IMG/VR virus record: IMGVR_UViG_3300034685_000230
Location: 1-64,000 of that record
DNA from: a virus
Length of the DNA: 64,000 bases
Strand: one strand, 5' to 3'
The notes under the pieces are model-generated. The model searched no databases. It saw nothing but the letters and a program-made list of their open reading frames with translations, and had not been told where the DNA came from. Of the stretch, positions 9,203 to 19,852 are shown piece by piece (the first letter of the stretch is position 1; each line of letters opens with the position of its first letter). Made by a program: the position numbers and the translations under genes.

Positions 9203-9300
9203 GTGAACTAATTACAGTCTAAAACTGCAATCTTCCTGCTTCAGCGACTGCAAGGTTCACAGTCTCTACAGGCGTAAATTCCCTGCGTCCCGCAGGTACT
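9203..9300 (-). ncRNA. orphan TnpB-type omegaRNA scaffold (copy B)
   Basis: AGTACCTGCGGGACGCAGGGAATTTACGCCTGTAGAGAC...GTCGCTGAAGCAGGAAG-hairpin-TAGTTCAC; homologous to 44791-44890. Confidence 0.7.
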
Positions 9301-9569
9301 AGGTTTATTTATTTTTGAACTATTTTAGTCATAATAATCATATTATTTGCTGAATAAATATTTTTTTGTTATATCGTTCTTACGATTGAGCAATTTAACA
9401 TACTCTCTCTTTATCAAATAAATAATTTTTCTTCTATTGTTAGAGTCCTTTACTTATCAATTTAACTTCTTTTGTAAACGTTTAAGGCACTCACTTTTTT
9501 CAATAGAAACGTTTAACTTCTCACCGTTTGAGAGAGTAATATTAGTCTTAAAATTTATATATTATTAAC

Positions 9570-10097
9570 TTATGAAAAGTTGTTTATCCAAATCTTGTCG
9601 GCGGCGAACATGCTGCTGATCTCCAGCACCCCGTCATCCTCTACCGACAGGGTGATGTTCTCAATGTTCGTCGGCCAGACACCGCTCGCCTTGATCTCGT
9701 ACTGCAGCGAGTTTCCGGAGTCGTCCATGTCGGCCGTGATGTCGTACACGTTTATAGTAGCTTCCTTCTTGTACTCGTGGGCTAGTGCGATGCGGCCCGT
9801 GTTGTGGTCAAACACTAGGTTTCTCCAGCGGTACAGATCTAAGAGCGTGTCGTAAGAGTTGTCAACACCGACGAGAAAACTAGCCGTAATCGTGTACTGC
9901 TGGCTGACTCTCCCCGCCAACTGCATGATACCGCTGATCCACGGTACTGGCACGTTGTTAGTCGCAGGCATGGGTATCGTAAGAGTCCTACAGAGAATGT
10001 GTAAGGGTTCTTGGCCGACAACGATAAGTTCGAACGCGTTCTTGCGTACGAAGTCACTTCTTATGTCTACCGGGTGGTATATGTTTCGGTCACGCAC
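9570..10097 (-). CDS. tail tube protein (gp19-like)
   Basis: RKNAFEL, WRNLVFD..TG..EYKK, GVWPTNI; immediately downstream of the sheath gene. Confidence 0.8.
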   Translation of the reverse strand: MRDRNIYHPVDIRSDFVRKNAFELIVVGQEPLHILCRTLTIPMPATNNVPVPWISGIMQLAGRVSQQYTITASFLVGVDNSYDTLLDLYRWRNLVFDHNTGRIALAHEYKKEATINVYDITADMDDSGNSLQYEIKASGVWPTNIENITLSVEDDGVLEISSMFAADKIWINNFS

Positions 10098-10195
10098 TGT
10101 TTAATTCACCTCTAAAAGCTTTAAAATTTTTGAAGTAGGGTAGAAGTGTATTCTCCCTCTCTATTAAGTTTAGTTTGCTCTAAGGAGTACTAGTA

Positions 10196-12850
10196 CTACC
10201 CTACCTCTAGCTCGGAGAAGCTAGCTCCCGTAGACGTGATTATAAACCTGTTGATTAGTCTCTCCGCAACCTTCGTCGGCTTGAGCCAAACCTCAGCCAC
10301 CATGGTGTTGTTGTCTATGTCGAATGGGGTGTTCGTAGTCTCGTCGCAGACAACCTTAAACTCGTACAAGCCCCGCCTCTGCTTGATATCCGACAGTAGG
10401 GGGTCAACCAGCTGCGTGTATTGAATCCAAGTAAGCCTGTCGTTAGGCTCAAACAGCAGGTACTTAGTCGCTGTTGCTAGTATCTTCGTAATGTATATTA
10501 TCAGCCTCATAACGTTAACCCTGTCGAGCGCGGACGGTTTTCGCTGCAGCGTCTTCTGACCGTACACTACGATCCCGTCCCCGGTAAAGTCACAGATTGG
10601 GTTGACCGCGTTTGTTCCCGTAGCGTAGAGTAAGTCTCTGTCGGAAACGTTCAGTCGTCTCTCAACTTTCTGTACTTTAAACAGCCTACCGCGGTTTAAC
10701 CCTGCAGGAGCGTTCCACACCTCGGCTACCCTGTCGTTGTACGCGAAGACGCTTACTATCCGCACGCTGGGCGGTACCCACTGCAATGACTCCGTGAACT
10801 CGTCGGAGATCTGGATCCAGGGGTAGTACAGAGCGGCAAAGCTGGAGTTTAAGGCGTTCTCGTTCAGCCAGCGTCCCGACCCGTTGTGCCAGTTAACTAC
10901 GTCCTGAACCGTTAGACCCTGGGGAGGGTCAACGATGGCGAAGCAGTCTCCCCTCTCGTTCTCGCAGAGTTGAATTAGCTTGTTGATAACGGTTTTGTTT
11001 CCAGGAAAGTCCGGGCAAGCGATTAGGTTGATGTCGTACTGCTCTGCGTTGGCGAACTGGGAGAGAGCGCTGACCGCGGAGTACTCAGTGATGTTCTCAG
11101 CGTCGTCGTACCCACCGCTCAGCTGCAGCACCGTGTTTAGTACGGGGACAAACCCGGCTTCCTCGTTCTCTAGCTCTACGCTAACGTAGTTTGAGACAAC
11201 GCGGTTTGTGACAAAGTTTCTGCTAGAGGGGTCGCTAAACTCAATGTTTTTAAACCTCTCGGAGGGCAGCTGGTTTGTGCTTAGCTCGGGTACCCACACG
11301 TCTAACCCGTAGTTTCCGAAGTCGTCTTTGCTAAACCGAACCTTTAAACCGTTGTAGTACTCTCCCTTGTAGAGGGAGCTGACGGTTCCCATCTTAGAAA
11401 GAAAGTCAACGGTGACTGTGTCACCCTCGCTTAGACTTGCTATGTAGTTAACCGAAACGTACCCCGTGTCGTAGTCAACAACGCCGTTGCCGAGACTCCC
11501 TACTAAGTTACCCTCGCCGTCGTCCGTCAGTACTACGTCACTCCCGACTTTTACTCGCACGCTTCCCCTGATGACCGGTCGCGCTGACAGCGTAGCGGAG
11601 GCGTTGCTGGAGGTGTCTCCACCCTCACCCACGGTTTTAATTACGTCTAAGTGCTTGGCCAAGTAGTCGGCTAGTATCTGGTACCCACCCTTAAGGGGGT
11701 AAGTCAGGGCTATGTCTATAGTCTTATTATCGTAGTCTACTTTGTTCTCCGACACTACAACGTCACCCGTAAACTTGCCCTCCCCGTTGTCTTGAGCAAC
11801 CACTGTTTCTCCCACTAACACCGACACCGAGTTAGGGTAGACAACGGTGTTTAGCGAGCCGATGTACGCTCCACCGTAGGTGTACCCGTCGGGCGATGCA
11901 GTCCCTATAGTACCAAGAGTCTTAACCTTAAACGTGCTGTACTCGTAGGACGCCCTAAACACGTCTCCGACCTCAACGTTAGCGCTGCCCGAGAATGCCA
12001 CTTCCCACTGCCCGGTTATAGCGTTAACGCTTCCACTTCCAACGGTAGCTTCGCTCGTGTCTTTTCCAACCAGCGTGTACTCGTTGTTTGTAGGCGTACC
12101 GGTAACGGTAAACGTGTAAGTGTCATCACTGACTTCAACGCTTAACTCAAATGTGTTTAGGTTGACTAAGTTTCCGTGAGACAGCATGCCGGAGTACGTA
12201 TAGTCTACCGAGTTAACGGTAGCTACCGTTAGCGTAGCTTCGCCGGACACGCTCTTTGTAACGGTGTTGTACTTAATTGAAACTTCCGACCCGTCAGTCA
12301 CAACGCTCTCGTCTAGTGTAAACCTGTACTCCCCGGTATCGTAGTCTATAAAGTTTGGGTACAGTGAAATGTTGGGGTTTAACGCCGGTGAGAAAGAGCC
12401 GTGCCCGTCGTCCCTAACCGTTGTGTAGTTAGAGGGGTCGTTTGGGTCAACCAACCTTAGTTCGAGTGTTTCCGGAACCGGCGAGTAGTTTAGGGTAGCG
12501 CTGAATATGTAGCTGTTGTCGTTAGCCGCCGTGGTGACTAACTCGCCCTTAACCTCAACGGCCGTTGGGATACTAACCGTTGCTTTTCTAGCGGAGGGGC
12601 CCAGGGTTCTCGTGAACCAGAGGGAGCTACCGAACTCCAGGAAGCTAACCGCCGCTAAGCTACTGTACTCACCGACTCTAGGGGTTCCGAACAAGTCGAC
12701 AAACTGCCGCACCGACGAAACGAAAGTCGGTTCGGTAGGTCCCTTTCTCGTTTTTCCAACCAGCGCCAGTATAGACTGAGACAGCCTGGGAGCGTACAGG
12801 GAAAAATCTATAGTTTCAAAATACACTCCAGGACTCGCGTGGATAGGCAT
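10196..12850 (-). CDS. tail sheath protein (gp18-like)
   Basis: N-terminal ASPGVY..IDFS; C-terminal YYPW, WNAPAGLNRG, VNPI, GQKTLQ..SALDRVNVMRL, FEPND, KPTK. ATG at 12850 is the likely start. Confidence 0.92.
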   Translation of the reverse strand: MPIHASPGVYFETIDFSLYAPRLSQSILALVGKTRKGPTEPTFVSSVRQFVDLFGTPRVGEYSSLAAVSFLEFGSSLWFTRTLGPSARKATVSIPTAVEVKGELVTTAANDNSYIFSATLNYSPVPETLELRLVDPNDPSNYTTVRDDGHGSFSPALNPNISLYPNFIDYDTGEYRFTLDESVVTDGSEVSIKYNTVTKSVSGEATLTVATVNSVDYTYSGMLSHGNLVNLNTFELSVEVSDDTYTFTVTGTPTNNEYTLVGKDTSEATVGSGSVNAITGQWEVAFSGSANVEVGDVFRASYEYSTFKVKTLGTIGTASPDGYTYGGAYIGSLNTVVYPNSVSVLVGETVVAQDNGEGKFTGDVVVSENKVDYDNKTIDIALTYPLKGGYQILADYLAKHLDVIKTVGEGGDTSSNASATLSARPVIRGSVRVKVGSDVVLTDDGEGNLVGSLGNGVVDYDTGYVSVNYIASLSEGDTVTVDFLSKMGTVSSLYKGEYYNGLKVRFSKDDFGNYGLDVWVPELSTNQLPSERFKNIEFSDPSSRNFVTNRVVSNYVSVELENEEAGFVPVLNTVLQLSGGYDDAENITEYSAVSALSQFANAEQYDINLIACPDFPGNKTVINKLIQLCENERGDCFAIVDPPQGLTVQDVVNWHNGSGRWLNENALNSSFAALYYPWIQISDEFTESLQWVPPSVRIVSVFAYNDRVAEVWNAPAGLNRGRLFKVQKVERRLNVSDRDLLYATGTNAVNPICDFTGDGIVVYGQKTLQRKPSALDRVNVMRLIIYITKILATATKYLLFEPNDRLTWIQYTQLVDPLLSDIKQRRGLYEFKVVCDETTNTPFDIDNNTMVAEVWLKPTKVAERLINRFIITSTGASFSELEVG

Positions 12851-12964
12851 GTGTAACAACACCTCTCTCTTATATTCTTAAATATCTAGATAGTGATTTT
12901 ATCTTGTTTTTAATTTTGAGATTAACTATATGTAGACTAGTGATTTCATAAAACTATTAGATCT

Positions 12965-13609
12965 TTAGGTCAACAGTGTTTCACTGTCTACAATTCTTCT
13001 CTCGAGACTTATGTCTAAGACAGACTTCGTGTAGTAGTTCGGGTCTAGCAGCATGGTGTACAAACTAAAGGTTGCCGTACCGTGAAAGATTCTAGTGCTA
13101 GTGTCAGGTAGCTCTACGTACGGCGTAGAGTCAGTGAGTGACACGTCGTGTATGTAACCGTTTACCTCTAAGTTGTGGTTTGAAATTTCAACAAAAGTTT
13201 TTACATAGTGACGCTTATATAGGCAGAACAGTAGTTTTTCAGAAATTTCGTTGTACATCTCTTGCGTTAGGGTAAAGTAGTCAAGCTGGTAGTTTATGTT
13301 GTACGGCATCATCTCCGCACCCTCGTAGACTCTCTTATCGCTGCTAATGCTGTACAGCATCGGTCTGTTTACCTTACTCTTTACAATCTTTGTCTCTGGG
13401 TTTGGAGACAAGCCAGTTCTAACAACTGCCAGCAGGGGGAGTAGGGGAGTTTTACTCTCAGAAACTTCAAGCTTAACCCCCTGCCTAGAAGGCAGGGCAA
13501 ACGTTACCTGCGGGGAGTCTACACCCTCTCCGGTGTCAACTTTAATGTTGTCTTTAAAGTATGCAACGACTGACTCGTCGTAGAATCTTATAACGGACAA
13601 GCAATACAT
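12965..13609 (-). CDS. tail terminator / sheath stabiliser (gp15-like)
   Basis: LPLLAVVRTG, PYNINYQLDYFT...NEISEKLL pattern; upstream of the sheath gene. Confidence 0.55.
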   Translation of the reverse strand: MYCLSVIRFYDESVVAYFKDNIKVDTGEGVDSPQVTFALPSRQGVKLEVSESKTPLLPLLAVVRTGLSPNPETKIVKSKVNRPMLYSISSDKRVYEGAEMMPYNINYQLDYFTLTQEMYNEISEKLLFCLYKRHYVKTFVEISNHNLEVNGYIHDVSLTDSTPYVELPDTSTRIFHGTATFSLYTMLLDPNYYTKSVLDISLERRIVDSETLLT

Positions 13610-13648
13610 CTATCCTTTTTTAACTGTATTTTTAACGCTTAAGCGTTA

Positions 13649-13903
13649 CTACTTGCTAAAGTCGGTTTCAACCATCTGAATCGCCGAGATCTCCGACAGT
13701 AAGATACTTACGGCTTCGATAATACTGTTGTCCTTCTTTTTCTCAATCTTTATCTTCGAAACGTCGACTTTTTCCTTGGGAATAAAGTTAACCCACTGCT
13801 CGTAGATTGAGAAAGCTTGCTCCTCGTTCATCGTAACTACGATGGACTTACCACTCGCTAGCGTAAACACCATCTTTATAACGCGGTTAGCCTTTTGAGA
13901 CAC
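13649..13903 (-). CDS. hypothetical protein
   Basis: Overlaps its neighbour within the late operon. Confidence 0.5.
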   Translation of the reverse strand: MSQKANRVIKMVFTLASGKSIVVTMNEEQAFSIYEQWVNFIPKEKVDVSKIKIEKKKDNSIIEAVSILLSEISAIQMVETDFSK

Positions 13904-14396
13904 TTCTACTTTCCTCCTCTGTAGTATTGTATTTTTTATATAAACTTATATACTGGTCAATTATTGAGTACGCTTTCTTCACGTTTCCCTCAAACACACT
14001 CTTCTCTATATCGGGGTACAGTTTTACCGTGTCGCTGTAGCTAGAGTGGAGCATCTTGTGCACGCAGTGCATGAGCGGAACGTACGGAACGCAATTCTGC
14101 AGGTGTATGTCCGCCAGTATCATCAGCACGAAGAAGGTGTTGAAGGGAACGCCGCGTTCAACAAACTTGTCAACTATAGTTTCTACCCAGTCCCAGATAG
14201 TCTTACCGTAATGGTGTACCTCTATGTCTACGTTGGACTCGTACTTGTTAACTCCCGTAGCGGCGCAGGTACTCCTGTTACACTGGTTTAACCACATGCC
14301 GTACTCGGGGCTGAGCCTAAATAGCTTTACAACACTCTTTACAAACTGCTCGAAGTCTTCCTCGTCGAATAACTCGTAAAATATCGCGCTACTCAT
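13887..14396 (-). CDS. HNH-like protein
   Basis: C..TG..IEVHH..VPL..CVHKMLH His/Cys pattern. Confidence 0.4.
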   Translation of the reverse strand: MSSAIFYELFDEEDFEQFVKSVVKLFRLSPEYGMWLNQCNRSTCAATGVNKYESNVDIEVHHYGKTIWDWVETIVDKFVERGVPFNTFFVLMILADIHLQNCVPYVPLMHCVHKMLHSSYSDTVKLYPDIEKSVFEGNVKKAYSIIDQYISLYKKYNTTEEESRSVSKG

Positions 14397-14403
14397 GTGA
14401 TTA

Positions 14404-15168
14404 CTACCCGACCGCGATGAACGTTTCGGGAAACTTATGCCTAGACTTTAGCTCTTCAATTAGAGCCTTCTCCATCTCTACCGACTCAGCGTACAGGGAG
14501 TTGCCCGACGGTTCCAGGGACCCTACGGGTAGTGTAACACCGCTGTATTTTCTCCTTATCTGCCCCAGCACCTTGCCTACGTTAGCTTGGCAAAACCTTT
14601 CAAGCCAGTTAATCTCAAAATCATTTAGGGAGGAGAGGTCCGGTAGGTGGTCAACGAGTAAGTCAAACTTGAATATAGTCTCCATAAACGGTGCTGGGTT
14701 GATGCTGACAAAGTTTGGCTGGACGAGTTCAGCTCTGGGTTTCGTTCCAAACATCCGCTTGGCAACGTCGTACGCTTGAAACATTGATATAAAGTTGATC
14801 AAGTGCTGACTGTTTCTAGCCGCGGCTAGTGACATCGGCACCCCCAGCACGGCTTGGATAGGAAGACCCAAACCTATCAGGTACTCCACTGAGACAAAAA
14901 CGTCCAGCACCCCGTTTACCTGGGGAAAGTCAAACATCTCGTAGAGGGTAACGTACGGCCTGACAGTCTTAGATACTAGTACTTCCCGCGGGGAGTAGGT
15001 GTTTAGAAACGATATAGCCTTCTTGACTATGTACTTAAAGCTGTCGTCGCCTATCTCCACGGCGACCGTCGGCCAGCCGAACTGGCTGTACACCCTCTGC
15101 TTTAGCTCGTTGAAGTCGTCAAGTTCTAACTGAATGTTAGCGTCGGTTGCGTTGTATAAAACACCCAT
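14404..15168 (-). CDS. neck / head-tail adaptor protein (gp13-like)
   Basis: ELKQRVYSQFGWPTVAVEI..., LGQIRRKYSGVTLP..GNSLYAE..E..LIEEL. Confidence 0.75.
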   Translation of the reverse strand: MGVLYNATDANIQLELDDFNELKQRVYSQFGWPTVAVEIGDDSFKYIVKKAISFLNTYSPREVLVSKTVRPYVTLYEMFDFPQVNGVLDVFVSVEYLIGLGLPIQAVLGVPMSLAAARNSQHLINFISMFQAYDVAKRMFGTKPRAELVQPNFVSINPAPFMETIFKFDLLVDHLPDLSSLNDFEINWLERFCQANVGKVLGQIRRKYSGVTLPVGSLEPSGNSLYAESVEMEKALIEELKSRHKFPETFIAVG

Positions 15169-15185
15169 TTTGTATCAAACTCTCT

Positions 15186-15710
15186 CTACCCGTTAACTTT
15201 AGCTATCTCAAGCGCTAGCTCTCTCTTAGTCTTACCCTCAGTATCGATGTTTAGCTTTTCCGCTAGTTCTACCAGCTTAACCTTGCTTAGCTTAGCTAGC
15301 TCGGATTCCCGAATGTCTACCGCCGCCGTGTTGTTACTCTCTTCCCAAGACAACGCTTCCTCAAACCCAGCTTCTAACTCTTCTACTTTATCTACTTCCT
15401 CTATTGCTGTGTCTTCTTTAAACAGGCTTGAATCACTCGGTGTGCGAGGACCCTCGATGAGTATGCCGACGGTGTTTTCTTCGTTAACGACTGGTTCAGG
15501 CGCCGGTTCACTAACTTCAAGCTTAGATAAAAGTATTTCATCTAACAGCCGCTTTGGCTTAGCAAGAGGCTGGGCCGACTCTATCTTGCTCTGCTCTTTG
15601 AGAAAGTTAATGTCTTCCTTAGAAAACTTAACTACGTCGCTGTCAAACACTTCTCCTCCCTTAATCCTTACACCGTTGTGTATAAAGTCTATAAACGCTC
15701 TGTACTTCAC
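15186..15710 (-). CDS. acidic protein with C-terminal Rho-N/HeH-like helix pair
   Basis: LAKLSKVKLVELAEKLNIDTEGKTKRELALEI. Confidence 0.5.
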   Translation of the reverse strand: MKYRAFIDFIHNGVRIKGGEVFDSDVVKFSKEDINFLKEQSKIESAQPLAKPKRLLDEILLSKLEVSEPAPEPVVNEENTVGILIEGPRTPSDSSLFKEDTAIEEVDKVEELEAGFEEALSWEESNNTAAVDIRESELAKLSKVKLVELAEKLNIDTEGKTKRELALEIAKVNG

Positions 15711-15724
15711 TACACTTCACCCCT

Positions 15725-17542
15725 TCAGTACTTTCCCTTGTAGAATGCTTTGTAAATGTTGCTTAGTGACGATGATTCTTCAGGCTTCTCCTTGCCGTTT
15801 TTAGCATTATTAATTTCTAAATTTTCACCGTACTCTTCGTCTAGTATCTTCTGAATGTCCTCGGGTCTTAGCGAGTTCCAAATGTTAGAGTTAGAGTGCT
15901 CTTGGACAAACTTAATCGACTCTAACTGGTTTCTCCTACTGTCCTCAACACCGACGGTTCGACTTAGTATACTAGCAAAGTTTCTTAGCAGCAGCTGCTT
16001 ACTCTTTGTAAAAGCGTACAGCGCGTGCACCCAGGCAAATATTAAGTCGGTTCTAGGACCGTCGGCTCGACCGTGCTCGTCTACTACAAAGTTTAGAAGC
16101 TGGTGGTGTAACCTCTCCGACTTTATAATCCCGTACTTCTTAACTACACTGTCGCTTCTCCTATTCTGCATGATCATCTCAAACTTTCTCCTAGCGTCAA
16201 ACTTGTCCTCCTCCGCTGATATGATTGAGTCCACGGCCTCCGTGTACTTGTCGATTATGATGTTGTACATGTTGGCTAGAAGGATGTCCCTAGACACGCC
16301 GGTAACGTCCGTTCCTATAGACGAGCGGTACAAGTCCCTACCGTAGTCGTAACCCGCTGTTAGCTCATTTTTCGACTTATCCCTAAACAAGTTCACGCCT
16401 ATACCGTTGTTAGTCTTGTTAAGTATCTTGTCTATTAGTATCTTACCCACGGCGTTTCTCTCTATGTTGACTAGGCAGTTGTTGTACCGCTTAGTCAAGT
16501 CGATAACAACGTCGGCGAACTTGTCCGGAATTATCGTGTTAGAGTCGTACTCAGCGACTTGCTCTAGCGTGCTAGCCTTTACGATCTGAACGGTACTCGA
16601 GTCTTTTCTGTCTCCGTACGCAACGTCTACTCCGGCTACGTAGACTTCACCCGGAACGGGGTTCTCAAAAATCCAGAGGCGGCCGTCGAAATCTGTCATG
16701 ACTGGGTCGACCGTAGCGATGGAGTCTAGAATTTGCCCCGGAACGTAGGTGTTTCCAGACGACACGAACGAGAGCTCCAGCTCGGCAGCTATCGACCTGT
16801 AGTTCCAGTTTAGCTGGCTGCACTGGTCGAGGTACCAGCTCTCGTCGTACTCCGGCACCGCGCTCCAGTGTACCCTGACTGGAACGTACTTGTTGTCCCC
16901 GTTGAGCGCTCCCTCGTACATCTGGTAGTACCACTTACCGGTGCCGGAGATACCGTTGGGGGTTGAGATAATTATGATTCCGTACGGTTTTCCCTTACTT
17001 GACTTAAACGCCCTAGAGATAGTCGGGTACGCGGCCTGGTACACGTCTTCCACTCTCTCTATGAAGGCAGCTTCGTCGATGACTAGTAAGTTAATAGACT
17101 CACCCAGAGAAGCGCTTCGAGTAGCCGGGAGGGCTGTTACCTTTGACCCGTTGGAGAATACTAGGGACTGCTTGTTGTCTGTTTCAAGCTTAAGCTTCCA
17201 AGAACTGTTTGGGAGTAGCTCATACATCTTTCTTATCTTTGAGAGAAAGGAAGCCGCGTTGCGCTGACCAGCGGATATGATGAGTATGTTGTAGTTTGAG
17301 TAGTGTAGCAGGCTCCACAAGCATATTGCCTGTACCAGTGTTGACATGCCTATCTGCCTAGACTTAAGCGTTATGATAAAGTGTTTAGCTAGAAACAGCT
17401 TGACTATCTTCTTCTGAAAGTCGTACATGTTAAACGGTATCAAGCCGTGGGCCGGGTGCTGGATCTTAACGTTGCTCTCCATCCACTGAATGGGGTCTCT
17501 TCTGTTCTTTATTAAACTCTCTAGCAGTTCTTCCGTATTCAT
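15725..17542 (-). CDS. terL: terminase large subunit (gp17-like)
   Basis: Walker A KSRQIGMST, Walker B LLVIDEAAFI, STPNG motif III, nuclease motif AGVDVAYG, IERNAVG. Confidence 0.93.
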   Translation of the reverse strand: MNTEELLESLIKNRRDPIQWMESNVKIQHPAHGLIPFNMYDFQKKIVKLFLAKHFIITLKSRQIGMSTLVQAICLWSLLHYSNYNILIISAGQRNAASFLSKIRKMYELLPNSSWKLKLETDNKQSLVFSNGSKVTALPATRSASLGESINLLVIDEAAFIERVEDVYQAAYPTISRAFKSSKGKPYGIIIISTPNGISGTGKWYYQMYEGALNGDNKYVPVRVHWSAVPEYDESWYLDQCSQLNWNYRSIAAELELSFVSSGNTYVPGQILDSIATVDPVMTDFDGRLWIFENPVPGEVYVAGVDVAYGDRKDSSTVQIVKASTLEQVAEYDSNTIIPDKFADVVIDLTKRYNNCLVNIERNAVGKILIDKILNKTNNGIGVNLFRDKSKNELTAGYDYGRDLYRSSIGTDVTGVSRDILLANMYNIIIDKYTEAVDSIISAEEDKFDARRKFEMIMQNRRSDSVVKKYGIIKSERLHHQLLNFVVDEHGRADGPRTDLIFAWVHALYAFTKSKQLLLRNFASILSRTVGVEDSRRNQLESIKFVQEHSNSNIWNSLRPEDIQKILDEEYGENLEINNAKNGKEKPEESSSLSNIYKAFYKGKY

Positions 17543-17699
17543 CTAAACACCCATTTTTAATAATATTTACTACGTAGCAAATGTATTTAAGTTTAACTTG
17601 TATGGATAAGTTAAATTTAATAAAAAGCCCGCATAGTATTAATTTCACAATTAGTGTATAATTCTAAAATTAAACCTAAGGTGGTAGTGTCATAACAAA

Positions 17700-19022
17700 A
17701 TGAGAGGCATGATAGACAAATCAGCCTTTAACTGGAACTTTAGGGAAGACGACTGGCTAGTGGACTTAGTCCTTAACAACCAGCGGCTAAGGCAGAAGAT
17801 ATTTACCTTAAAGAACTACTCGTCGCTTAGGATTAACGAGATAGTGTATGAGATATACAACATAGTTAAAAACTACAGGCAGGGTTTAGAAATAGAGTCA
17901 GAGTCTTTCCTAAAGAAAAAGCAGTTTCTAGTACTGGCCGAGAAGAGTGAAGACAGCGATAGGATACAGCTGACTCTAGAAGACGAGTACAAGCTAAAGG
18001 ACTTAATCGAACAGTACAAGATATACGAGTTGATCGGTTGGTTTCACTTGGGTAAAAACTCAAAGGTGTTTAAAATTTGCACGCTAAAGAAGCAGGAGAT
18101 ACTCGAAAAGATATACCCTATAGTCGACCTAAGTATTCGAAAGGTTATTGGGTCAAAGGTTATAAACCCGAAGAGCCCGGAGTTTGAGGAAGCCGTTAAC
18201 AACGCGTGGCTGGCTATCATTAAGTACCTACCGAAGATTGACACGTCAAAAGTGATGTTTAGTATATTCGTTGGGGTTGGCCACCGCTCCGCTATATACT
18301 ACAACATTACAAACTTGAGGGAAAAGTACAGCACTGTAAAGATAAATGACCTTAAGTCAGTAAGTGACGATGACGACGGCGTGGAAGAAGACTTGTTTAT
18401 AAGTACGGTTGTTGGTAACAGCGTAGAGAGTAACTACGATGCTGTTAGTGTCGAGAACGACGTTATCGATAGAATCGACTCAGGTAGTGTAGGGGAAGAG
18501 TTTTACTTAGAGTCGGTAGACAGCATGACGGAGGAAGCCGAGAGAGTCATTGAATCGTTGGAAAGAGACAATAAAGCAAATTACCTACAGCAGAACGTGC
18601 TAGCACACTCGTTTAACATACTGTCGGGTAAGGTAAAGAAGCTGTGCTTTGAAAAAATCTTTGCTGAGTTTTTTAGCGACTTGATAAACTCTAAAGTGTC
18701 GGAGAGAATCTTAATAAAACACTCCCCAACCCTGATTGAGATAATGAACCTTACGACGATTGACCCGGACTTAGTGGATGACGAAGAAGCCAACAACAGC
18801 GTGTACAAGCTGTTTAGGGATTGGATCAAGGAAAAGATAGAAGACAAGCTGTACAAGTACAACATTAGGCTAACGGATGACATGGATGAGTTTAAAAAGC
18901 AGCAGCTCTTAGAGATAGTTAAGAGAGAGAACAACATGATTAAGTATATGAAGGAAAACAAGAGGGACTTTATAAAGAAGTTACTCGAGTTTCGAAACTC
19001 TTGCATTAACTTCAAGACGTAA
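17700..19022 (+). CDS. putative phage sigma factor (gp55-like region 2, extended)
   Basis: FEEAVNNAWLAIIKYLPKIDTSKVMFSIF resembles sigma70 regions 2.2-2.3. Confidence 0.5.
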   Translation: MRGMIDKSAFNWNFREDDWLVDLVLNNQRLRQKIFTLKNYSSLRINEIVYEIYNIVKNYRQGLEIESESFLKKKQFLVLAEKSEDSDRIQLTLEDEYKLKDLIEQYKIYELIGWFHLGKNSKVFKICTLKKQEILEKIYPIVDLSIRKVIGSKVINPKSPEFEEAVNNAWLAIIKYLPKIDTSKVMFSIFVGVGHRSAIYYNITNLREKYSTVKINDLKSVSDDDDGVEEDLFISTVVGNSVESNYDAVSVENDVIDRIDSGSVGEEFYLESVDSMTEEAERVIESLERDNKANYLQQNVLAHSFNILSGKVKKLCFEKIFAEFFSDLINSKVSERILIKHSPTLIEIMNLTTIDPDLVDDEEANNSVYKLFRDWIKEKIEDKLYKYNIRLTDDMDEFKKQQLLEIVKRENNMIKYMKENKRDFIKKLLEFRNSCINFKT

Positions 19023-19036
19023 AGGAGACACTCAAG

Positions 19037-19834
19037 TTGCCGTCGGTTTTAAGACACGAAAGAGAAAATCAGTTTTCCAAGCTAGTGCTCTCCATTCTAA
19101 ATGACAGCTACGGTGGGAACGTACTCAAGTACAAAGACGCTGAGAGAGACGCTCGCGACTTTACGCAATTGAGTAAGAAACTACGGAGAGCGTCAGCTCT
19201 CGGGTTAGACTTAAGCAAGGTTAAGAGTCCGTACCTTAAGTACACGCACGTAGATCTTAAGAACTCCGCGGTGTCGGTAGTCTTAACGGAGTGTCCCGAA
19301 GTACTACTAGGGTACAACATCGACTACCTAAAGTCTAAGAGATTTTTCCCGTTTGGTTTAGACTCTCTGTTTCAGAGGAGTAAGTCTAAAGACCTATACA
19401 AGATAAGAGACAACAGAGATAAAGAACAAGAAGCTAAGTACGTGTTTAACTGGGTGAGAGACAGAGTACTAAACAACTACTTCTCCATCAGCAACATCCA
19501 GGTTGACAGAAAGTTGGGGAGAGTTGAGTTCAGCTCAAACTTTAGGGACCAAAACTACGGTATGACTATCCAGAACATAGTAGCAAAGATACCTGACGAT
19601 AAGAATTTGAATATATCGGGGCTTAAGGGAACTGCGTTAGAACTAAGTAGAGACTACGACACGCTGTTCCTATACTTCTCCATGCTGGGATTTACAGAAA
19701 TATTTGCAAAGTGCTCTTGCCCGGAGTACGTGAGAAAGCACTCACGCAAGTACGGTATATCAAACTACTTTTGCTCGCACCTACTGTACTCGATAATGCA
19801 GTTTCCGTACTACCTAATGTACGCTCTACAGTGA
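19037..19834 (+). CDS. SWIM zinc-finger protein
   Basis: KCSCPEY...FCSHL. Confidence 0.6.
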   Translation: MPSVLRHERENQFSKLVLSILNDSYGGNVLKYKDAERDARDFTQLSKKLRRASALGLDLSKVKSPYLKYTHVDLKNSAVSVVLTECPEVLLGYNIDYLKSKRFFPFGLDSLFQRSKSKDLYKIRDNRDKEQEAKYVFNWVRDRVLNNYFSISNIQVDRKLGRVEFSSNFRDQNYGMTIQNIVAKIPDDKNLNISGLKGTALELSRDYDTLFLYFSMLGFTEIFAKCSCPEYVRKHSRKYGISNYFCSHLLYSIMQFPYYLMYALQ

Positions 19835-19852
19835 GTAGGGAGACACCTTAAG

